A stretch of DNA of 32,000 nucleotides from contig JAUWGH010000002.1 of assembly GCA_030606485.1 (NCBI GenBank), forward strand, positions 90,001-122,000, read 5' to 3'. Shown in pieces: positions 17,679 to 25,144 of the stretch (its first letter is position 1; each line of letters starts with the position of its first letter). The notes under the pieces were generated by a model. It was not told the DNA's origin, did no database searches, and worked only from the letters and a program-made list of their open reading frames with translations. Source of the DNA: Promethearchaeota archaeon. Lineage in GTDB: Archaea > Asgardarchaeota > Lokiarchaeia > Sigyniarchaeales > SOKP01. Position numbers and translations under genes: made by a program.

Positions 17679-17831
17679 AATATTTACATCTCAATAATCG
17701 ATTATTTTATTTTTTCTATTTTTATTTCTTTTTCAGACATATACAACATTAAATATATGTCTTAAATGAAATTTAATTAGCAAAAAAAGAAAAAAATTTT
17801 ATAGATTAACGTTTAAATATTATTTAACTAT

Positions 17832-19295
17832 TTATTCTCCAATTTTAGTGCCACAAACTCCACAAAATTTGGCTTTTGCTGGAATTTTACTACCACAATA
17901 AGCACAAATCTTGGATTTTGCTGGTGTAGTTATTGAAGAACCACCGACTGCTCTTCCTTCTCTTTTACCTCCACAATTCCGACAAAATTGGTCATTCGGT
18001 TTAAGTTCTGAACCACAACGAACACAAGTAACTGATGGTGTAGGTTTTACCTTTACATATGGCGATTTAGCTGATGGTTTAGAAGGTGCTTTTGCTTTCA
18101 GTTTCTTTTGGCTTCTTCTAGCTAATACTGCTGCAATAATGACTATACAGACGATTATTCCGATTATTATCAATATTGGTCGAAAGTCAATCCATCTATC
18201 AATAGAATTAACCCCTGTATCGTAACTCACATCAAAAGTAACTGATGTGGATTCTTCTGGTGAATTCATTGGGTCGAAATAAACGAAAAAGTACCAATTA
18301 CCATCATTAGGAGCAGTGATTGAGGTTTCAGAAATCATATCGACTGCTTCCACATAATATTCTGCCTCTGTTAGGTCTATTACGTCAGTAGCAGTATAAT
18401 TAACAATAAATTCAACATCAACTGCAGTAATTTCTTTATTATACCATACGAGATAATAATCCTTAGCTCCCATAGATGCAGTAATTAATAACGATCCGCT
18501 ATCTGCCATTGTACTATTTATTTCTAATTCGAATGAATAACTATCATACGAGTTCCATTCATTTAAATTATATCCATCAGCAATGAAGAAATCTATAGGA
18601 TTACTCGCATTAAAATCATAATCAATTGTCGATCCTGGTTTTAAATATAGTGAATAGTACTCATAGCCATCAGAATGGACAAGAAATTGATCACTAAAAG
18701 ATCCAGACTTAGTTGTTAAAGGGAATGATTCAAATGGTTGATCCCAAATGGCAAAACTGATTTTACTGGGCGATGATTGGACAGAAAAAGTGATTTCATT
18801 TCCTTGATTTATATTTTCATATTCATACCAATATTCATTATAATATAATGTCTCCGTTGAACGATAATTTACAACACCAGATGTATCTGCATTACCAAAA
18901 GGAAATGCCATAGCAATACCGAGTAATGGAAGTGCTATCAATGCAAATATAATAATAAAAATTATACCTCCACCAACGTATACAGGAGAATAATACCAAG
19001 GGCGATAATAATACCCTGACCACCAGGGATGATACCACCATCTTCGGTACCAAGGTCGGTAATAAGGGTAATACCAATGTCTGTAATGTCTACCATAACG
19101 TCTATAAGATCTGTGTCTATAAGGTCCTTGTGTGCTTCTAGTTACTGTTCGTCTAGCACCTGTTCGACCAAAAGGTCTTCCACTCGTACGTCCACGACTA
19201 CTTCGAAAACTGGCACCACCCCCACGAAATCCACCACCTCTAAAACCACCGCCACCACGACTACCACCACCACGACCACCGCCACCACGCGGCAT
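17832..19295 (-). CDS. Two-TM membrane protein: N-terminal RGG/aromatic-rich tail, beta-rich extracytoplasmic domain, C-terminal double zinc ribbon
   Basis: The start is reassigned to the ATG at 19295 (MPRGGGGRGG...), which follows the upstream stop as TAA-A-ATG. TM1 is IIFIIIFALIALPLLGIAMAF and TM2 is ILIIIGIIVCIVIIAAVLA. Zinc ribbons: CVRCG..L.PNDQFCRNCG and CAYCGSKIPAKAKFCGVCG. Confidence 0.85.
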   Translation of the reverse strand: MPRGGGGRGGGSRGGGGFRGGGFRGGGASFRSSRGRTSGRPFGRTGARRTVTRSTQGPYRHRSYRRYGRHYRHWYYPYYRPWYRRWWYHPWWSGYYYRPWYYSPVYVGGGIIFIIIFALIALPLLGIAMAFPFGNADTSGVVNYRSTETLYYNEYWYEYENINQGNEITFSVQSSPSKISFAIWDQPFESFPLTTKSGSFSDQFLVHSDGYEYYSLYLKPGSTIDYDFNASNPIDFFIADGYNLNEWNSYDSYSFELEINSTMADSGSLLITASMGAKDYYLVWYNKEITAVDVEFIVNYTATDVIDLTEAEYYVEAVDMISETSITAPNDGNWYFFVYFDPMNSPEESTSVTFDVSYDTGVNSIDRWIDFRPILIIIGIIVCIVIIAAVLARRSQKKLKAKAPSKPSAKSPYVKVKPTPSVTCVRCGSELKPNDQFCRNCGGKREGRAVGGSSITTPAKSKICAYCGSKIPAKAKFCGVCGTKIGE

Positions 19296-19296
19296 T

Positions 19297-20310
19297 TTAC
19301 ACCGACACCTCAACTGTGGAAGACTTAGAAATTCCTTTTTGACGGAACAAATAGTTACGATTGATAGCCAGAAGAAATAGTAATATAGAAGTAATTGACA
19401 TAAATAATCCTATACCATCAATCAATACATTAACAGGAGGTGCTGCAGTCATAAATCCAATAATGAAAAATACCCATTCAAGAATCATAAAAACAATAAT
19501 TAACCATGGAATCACTGTTCGCACAATTCGCCCTGTTTTAATATTCCTAGCATCAGAAAAACTTGTATAAATTAAAGAGAATAAACCTATAATACCTATA
19601 ATTAGTATTGAGAAACTACAAGTAACTAATATTGCCCATATAAAACCATTCCTAGCTATTAAATTACTTAATGGAAAAAAGAAATCCGTACCACGCGCTT
19701 CAAATAGATAAAAAGTAATTTCTCCTCCTCTAATTTCAGCCATGCCAAAGAAATTCATGAGATCTGTTTGATTTGCAGAAAAGTATCCAAAAACTCCAAC
19801 AAGAGGTAAAAGGATACCTAAAACAAATGCCAATATTGAACATACACTAGTAAACCAAAATTCTGCGTTTTTGGGATCGGCAACTGGAATAAGGCCTATA
19901 TCATCTTCACTTACATCAGGAATATAATCCCAACAGTCTTGAATTGTACATACACCAATAAGCTTTTCTTTTTCAACCACTGGAACTACATTAACTTGTA
20001 AATCGCGCATTCTTGTAAATGCTTCGAAAACGGGAGTATCTAACGACACAGAAGTAATTGTATACATTGCTGAAATTACCTTTGCAGATTTTGGGTCAAT
20101 ACCTTCTGCAACTACATTCTGGACAATATCAAAATCAGCTACAACCCCAAGGATCTTATTTGACTCCTTTTCAACTACTACTAAATCCGGCACTCCCAGC
20201 TCTTTCATTTTCTTGGCAGCATCTTGAATTGAGGCGTTAGAATCAATTATACCATATTCATCATCGATAATTAAATCCCGGACAAAATATTCTTTTTTAG
20301 ATTTGCTCAT
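19297..20310 (-). CDS. CBS-pair (Bateman) domain protein with C-terminal multi-pass membrane domain
   Basis: Two CBS repeats (IDSNASIQDAAKKMKE..VPDLVVVE...ILGVVADFDIV; VSLDTPVFEAFTRMRD..VNVVPVVEKEKLIGVCTIQD) followed by about 4 TM helices. The ATG at 20310 is preferred over the TTG at 20322. Confidence 0.85.
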   Translation of the reverse strand: MSKSKKEYFVRDLIIDDEYGIIDSNASIQDAAKKMKELGVPDLVVVEKESNKILGVVADFDIVQNVVAEGIDPKSAKVISAMYTITSVSLDTPVFEAFTRMRDLQVNVVPVVEKEKLIGVCTIQDCWDYIPDVSEDDIGLIPVADPKNAEFWFTSVCSILAFVLGILLPLVGVFGYFSANQTDLMNFFGMAEIRGGEITFYLFEARGTDFFFPLSNLIARNGFIWAILVTCSFSILIIGIIGLFSLIYTSFSDARNIKTGRIVRTVIPWLIIVFMILEWVFFIIGFMTAAPPVNVLIDGIGLFMSITSILLFLLAINRNYLFRQKGISKSSTVEVSV

Positions 20311-20417
20311 AAAATACACCAATTCATTATTATTGGTTGTAAATTATACTTAAACTTAGATATATAAATGTTATTTTCATAAAATATTAAAAAACTTCCA
20401 AAAAAAAGAAAAAAAAG

Positions 20418-21044
20418 TTAAATAAAAACTTCCTTTTGTATTTTTACGTAATTATTATACTCCTTTAACTCACTTGATATAAGTTCATAAATAATCTCAT
20501 AAATCTGCCGAAATAATTCATCATGAAAAATCTGCATTTCAAAAATTGTCATAGTAGTTAGTTTTTCACTTAAAAGCTGTGCATCTATAGGAATACTACA
20601 GTAAAAAAATTGCATCAATGCCTCCTGACACTCCTTTTCAACAATATTTTTAATAATTTTCAAACCCAAATCGAGTGGGTCCAAAAAATATGGATAATTT
20701 CTATCATCTAAAATTTTCCTGAAACCTAACTTCTTGATTATTTCATTAACACAATAATCAAGAGAACCCTCCTCAATCATATATAAACCACAAAACTTCG
20801 ATTTTTTCTTGTGCATTGGGAAAGATAAGGGATGACGCTGGGCAATATATAAAGCAGCAACAAAATAATTTAAAATATTCTGAGGAATTTTTCCTTCCTG
20901 TAAATATCGAAACATAATTGAAGATGTATAAACTGAGATTTTTTTCGGAACTCCAAGATCTTCAAGATGCGATTGTCCTTTATTAATTATCTCAACAATT
21001 ACTCTCTCTTTTGTATTAATTAATTCCAACATCCAACCACACAA
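20418..21044 (-). CDS. Hypothetical protein with a single cyclin/TFIIB-like helical repeat
   Basis: YFVAALYIAQRHP...KFCGLYMIEEGSLDYCVNEIIKKLGF resembles the TFB core repeat (AAALYIA..R...EIA....V.E.TI...Y..L...L). The start may be the ATG at 21032. Confidence 0.55.
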   Translation of the reverse strand: MCGWMLELINTKERVIVEIINKGQSHLEDLGVPKKISVYTSSIMFRYLQEGKIPQNILNYFVAALYIAQRHPLSFPMHKKKSKFCGLYMIEEGSLDYCVNEIIKKLGFRKILDDRNYPYFLDPLDLGLKIIKNIVEKECQEALMQFFYCSIPIDAQLLSEKLTTMTIFEMQIFHDELFRQIYEIIYELISSELKEYNNYVKIQKEVFI

Positions 21045-21128
21045 CCTCTAACAAAAATTTATTTCTGATATAAATATTTTTGTACGATCCATATATCACA
21101 CTTTTAATATTTAAATATGATCATAAAA

Positions 21129-21172
21129 GTGACATTTAGGTGACATTTTAGAAACATTTAAATAGACATTCT
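21129..21172. repeat. Four phased direct repeats (core ACATT; 11/11/12-bp spacing) in a divergent promoter region, putative operator array
   Basis: GTGACATTTAG GTGACATTTTAG AAACATTTAAA TAGACATTCT. ACATT starts at 21132, 21143, 21154 and 21166. The array overlaps TTTAAATA (21157-21164). Confidence 0.6.
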
Positions 21173-21243
21173 TTTTTTATAATTTTGTCGGAGAAAAAAA
21201 AATATATAAAAAAAAATAAAAAAAAGTATTAGGTTTAAAAAAA

Positions 21244-21663
21244 ATGCCAGAACCAATAAAAACTGAAACCATACGAATTTATGCCACATTAGAGTCCTTT
21301 TATGCAAAGATAGTTGAAAATTTAGTTGGTGTTTTTGGTAAGAGTCATTCAGGCGTTATTAATGATATCGTTAAAGATTGGATCAATGAACATATGGAAG
21401 AGTTAAAAAATGTTTATGGAATAGATGTAGTTGGGATACGACATGAATTACAGTGGGCACTCGTAGAGAAAAAAGCGGATGATATATTAAAGATTTTAAA
21501 TGAAGTCAAGGAAGTTATAAAGGGAATAAAACGGATGAAGATTGATGATTTGGGCGAGCTTGTAGGCTTAAATAGATCAAATTTATTGAAGTTGATTATT
21601 AAAAATAATGATAAGTTAAATGTTGTAATAGATGGAGATTATATTTCTCCTAAAAAGGATTAA
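21244..21663 (+). CDS. Ribbon-helix-helix protein with C-terminal winged-helix-like domain
   Basis: IRIYATL (ribbon) - ESFYAKIVENLV (helix A) - GKSHSGVINDIVKDWI (helix B; G.S.S..I pattern). C-terminal MKIDDLGELVGLNRSNLLKLI...VVIDGDYI. Confidence 0.65.
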   Translation: MPEPIKTETIRIYATLESFYAKIVENLVGVFGKSHSGVINDIVKDWINEHMEELKNVYGIDVVGIRHELQWALVEKKADDILKILNEVKEVIKGIKRMKIDDLGELVGLNRSNLLKLIIKNNDKLNVVIDGDYISPKKD

Positions 21664-21706
21664 AAAAAGAAGAATTTAATATAAAAGGTGAAAAAAAATT
21701 AAAGTC

Positions 21707-21937
21707 GTGAGATTAAGGTATGATAGGAATGAAATACAGAAAGAAAATGTTCGAGATTTGGTGCGAAATACAGATTTTATAGAGCAATCTTATGTTTGGG
21801 AAAACTTTTTTGTCATACAATTCTCTAAACAATATTTAGAAAAATACGGAGAAGTTATGAAAGATGTTCCGGTATGGAATGATGCTTTTAGTATATCTGA
21901 ATTAAAATCTGAATTAAAAGACTATCTCTTTTTATAA
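21707..21937 (+). CDS. Small hypothetical protein
   Basis: 76-aa ORF with a GTG start and AGGTGA upstream (21686-21691). Coding-like composition; no recognisable motif. Confidence 0.45.
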   Translation: MRLRYDRNEIQKENVRDLVRNTDFIEQSYVWENFFVIQFSKQYLEKYGEVMKDVPVWNDAFSISELKSELKDYLFL

Positions 21938-22098
21938 AAATAAATATTTTATATTTAATGAATAAGCTGCAATAATTAATCTAATTCTTCTAAAATTAAA
22001 ATCAAGGATAGATTAATTTTTCTTTCCAATAATTTTTTTTAAAACATTTAAATAATCAAAAGTATTAAATATTATTTATTAAACAAAGGGGCGTGTTT

Positions 22099-22926
22099 AT
22101 GAAACAAGATAAAACAACTAAAAATATTGATAATATTGGTAATGCTTTTCTTAAAATTGGTAATTTTATAATAATTGGACTTATAATTTTTGCAATTGGG
22201 TTTGCAATAAGTTTTTTTTAGATTTGGATAGGATGGGTCATTGGAAATTTTGTTAGTTTTTTTGTTTTTGGCTTTGTTTTTTTAGTTTGGGTTGTTGTGT
22301 TGTTTATTTTTTTTCTAATGGTTATTAGAATTTTAATTGCAGCGATAGCAATTCGAGAGAAGAATATTATTATATTTTCTATTCTTTACTTCTGTTCATA
22401 TTTAGCATTCTTAATTACTATAATTTTTTCGTCTAAAATAATTGTGGATTGGATAATTGATCTTTTTGCAAGCAGTAAATTATATTGGCCATGGGATATG
22501 ACAACAAGATTGTTTACAACCTTCTTAAACCCATTTTGGACAATTTATATTGGACTTAATGTTAATTTTTTATTTCAATTTGTTTCTTGGCTCTTTTTTA
22601 AAAATTACTTTGAAAATTTTCCTGGAACTTATAATTGGAAAAAAAAAGCAATTAAAAAGAGCAATTTAAATATGGTTTTTTCAGTAATTGGTATAGTTCC
22701 ATTTTTAAATCTCATTGCTTTCGTAATAATAGCCATAAATTTGTTTGGATTAGGAACCTCAATAAGTCTTATTTATATAAAAGATTCAACTCAACAAGAA
22801 CTAATCAAAACCACAACGGAAATGGCTACTGAGATCTCTACTAAACAAATTAAAAAATGTCCGAATTGTGGGAAATATAATAAATTTACTGCTGACTTTT
22901 GCATAGAATGTGGTAAAGAAATTTAG
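22099..22926 (+). pseudogene. Multi-pass membrane protein with C-terminal zinc ribbon, interrupted by an in-frame TAG at codon 41 (nonsense mutation, read-through, or consensus error)
   Basis: The ATG at 22099 has an SD-like GGGGCGTG and a TTTAAATA box at 22047-22054. It is in frame with ORF 22297..22926. The only interruption is TAG at 22219-22221. C-terminal CPNCGKYNKFTADFCIECG. Confidence 0.7.
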
Positions 22927-23150
22927 AATCTTTAAATTAAATACTAATGAAGAAATAAAAGTTATTAGATATCAAGGCAAAACGTGTTATTATAAATAAA
23001 TTGATGCAGATGATTTAAAGCTATTCCACTTGTATTGCTACATAATTTATTGGAAATTTTACAAAGAAGTATCTTGAAAAGATTACCACCTTTAATTTAT
23101 AAAATATCTAGAACCATCTATTTACAAAAGAAAAATGATTAATTAGATAT

Positions 23151-24182
23151 TTAAATGGATATTTCTCGTTTCTTTAGACTCCATATACCAAAGAACAAAA
23201 GTAGTGCAGCGATTAAAACCCAAATCAATAGTGAAAAAATGGGCAAATAATAATTTGTCTTTTCTAAACCGCCGAGGTTTATTCCTTGATCAGGGTCTAT
23301 AGTTGATGTTAGACTATACACTCCAGTCAATTGTCCAAAAAGCATTTGCCAAGCTGCTGAAGGTGGGATAGCATTCAATGTTTCAATAAATAATACAAAA
23401 ACATTTCCTAAATGGTAGCCAAGGTCGAAGTGATAAATTTGGTATATTCCATAAAATTGTCCTATAAATATTCTAATTAGGAAAAATGCAATGAATGAAA
23501 AAATAACTAAAATAAATACGGTTATCGATACAGTTCTTGGTTTTTTGAATATTGAAGATAAGGCCATTGTAATACTAGTAAATAGAAATAGGATAAATAA
23601 GCTGTAAAAATATAAAGCAGTTAAGAATGGCAATAAACTGATAAAATGGTCAATATTTGCAGACTTCATTAATACACCAATCCATCCAAGAGTAAAGATG
23701 GAAATAAAGCTAATTAACATTCCATAAAAAATGACCGCTATATATTTACCTAAGAAAATTTTAATTCTACTTATCGGTTTACTCACTAAAATCAACATTG
23801 TTCCTGATTTAACTTCTTCAGCAATAAGGGACGAGCCAGAAAAACCTATCATCAACGCAAAAAAAATTCCTAGCGTGAAAAAGAATGCGGGAAAAAGTAT
23901 CGCAATACTAATTATTGTTGCAGCATGATGTGTTGAGATTAAACCGAAATCGACACCTGTTGGAAGAAATATAAAAATAGTTGGAACAAAAAGCAAAAAT
24001 ATAATTGTAATTATTAATTTTTTCAGCGAGTAAATGTCAAAAAACGTTTTCTTGATTACAATAAATATTTTTTTTGAAATATATTTACTAAACCACGATT
24101 TAATTGGTTGTAATACTTTATTGTTAAATCCATCGACTTTGGGCTTAATCTCATCAGTTAAGTTTAATTTATTGCTTTTCAT
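23151..24182 (-). CDS. ABC-2 type transporter permease
   Basis: IAEEVKSGTMLILVSKPISRIKIFLGKY (ABC-2 permease signature) and about 6 TMs. ATGA overlap with the upstream ATPase gene. Confidence 0.9.
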   Translation of the reverse strand: MKSNKLNLTDEIKPKVDGFNNKVLQPIKSWFSKYISKKIFIVIKKTFFDIYSLKKLIITIIFLLFVPTIFIFLPTGVDFGLISTHHAATIISIAILFPAFFFTLGIFFALMIGFSGSSLIAEEVKSGTMLILVSKPISRIKIFLGKYIAVIFYGMLISFISIFTLGWIGVLMKSANIDHFISLLPFLTALYFYSLFILFLFTSITMALSSIFKKPRTVSITVFILVIFSFIAFFLIRIFIGQFYGIYQIYHFDLGYHLGNVFVLFIETLNAIPPSAAWQMLFGQLTGVYSLTSTIDPDQGINLGGLEKTNYYLPIFSLLIWVLIAALLLFFGIWSLKKREISI

Positions 24183-25144
24183 TTTTTAATATCCTCCTTC
24201 TTTGCCATAATTTCCATAAAAATATCCTGTAATGATAATTCAGGCTGATGGAAGCTATATAAAGTTGCCTTATTTTTGATTAGCATTTGGGGTATTAGTT
24301 CTCTGAGTTTATCTTGATCTTTTGGTATAATATGAATTTTTCCATCGATTTCTTCAATTCTAACTTTCGAAATAAAATCTATATTTTTTAACATTTCTAA
24401 GAATTTTTCATTCATATCAGTGTCTAAAATATATAAATTACTAACATAACTTTTCTTAATATTCTTAATTGAATCAGATATGACAATTTTACCATGGTTT
24501 ATCATTGTAACATCCTCACACATCTGTTCAATTTCAGATAAAATATGACTTGAAACAAATACGCTTACTTTATCAGATAAGTCCCTAATTTTTTTAATAA
24601 CATCTGCTCTCCCAAGTGGATCTAAATTAGCCGTGGGCTCATCTAAGATTAAAACTTTAGGATCATGTATTAAGGCTGCTGCAATACCAATTTTTTGCTT
24701 CATTCCACTAGAATATTTGCTAATTTCCCGGTTTCGTGCGTCAAACAAATCAAAATAATCTAATAATTCTTGAGCCTTTCTTTTTGCTTCTTTTGATTTT
24801 AAGCCACCCAATTGCCCCATGTATATTAAATAATCTTCACCAGTCATATCTTCATAAAAAACAGGATCTTGGGGGAGAAAGCCGATTACTTGTTTAGCTG
24901 CAACAGACCCGGCTTTTTTTCCTCTTATTTTTGCCTTTCCTTCCGAAATTGAAATAGCACCTACCAACATATTATAAGTAGTTGTCTTTCCTGCTCCATT
25001 AGGTCCAAGAAATCCATGAACCCCGGGTTTTACACGGAGATCAATTTTTGATACCGCTTCTAACGCTTCTTTACCCTTTCCATAAATTTTTGTTAATCTT
25101 TCACTCCATACTTCATAATTGATTTTCAAATTTTTTTGTATCAT
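24179..25144 (-). CDS. ABC-2 type transporter ATP-binding protein
   Basis: Walker A GPNGAGKTT, Q-loop LPQD, signature YSSGMKQK, Walker B LILDEPT, H-loop SSH and C-terminal SLQDIFM. Confidence 0.95.
   Translation of the reverse strand: MIQKNLKINYEVWSERLTKIYGKGKEALEAVSKIDLRVKPGVHGFLGPNGAGKTTTYNMLVGAISISEGKAKIRGKKAGSVAAKQVIGFLPQDPVFYEDMTGEDYLIYMGQLGGLKSKEAKRKAQELLDYFDLFDARNREISKYSSGMKQKIGIAAALIHDPKVLILDEPTANLDPLGRADVIKKIRDLSDKVSVFVSSHILSEIEQMCEDVTMINHGKIVISDSIKNIKKSYVSNLYILDTDMNEKFLEMLKNIDFISKVRIEEIDGKIHIIPKDQDKLRELIPQMLIKNKATLYSFHQPELSLQDIFMEIMAKKEDIKK

Noticed and set aside
17735-17762. Perfect 9-bp inverted repeat AGACATATA-N10-TATATGTCT upstream of the eIF2B-like gene
   Set aside because: It could be an operator or hairpin, but one such AT-rich palindrome is expected by chance at this base composition, and no second copy was seen.
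17911-19570. Several overlapping ORFs (17911+, 18892-, 19029+, 19132+, 19361+), including Thr-rich and Pro-rich ones
   Set aside because: Shadows of the locally GC-rich RGG coding segment and neighbouring genes; no independent start signals or motifs.
22927-23150. Spacer with short coding-like open stretches (possible gene remnant)
   Set aside because: The fragments are under about 35 codons, in different frames, and have no recognisable similarity.
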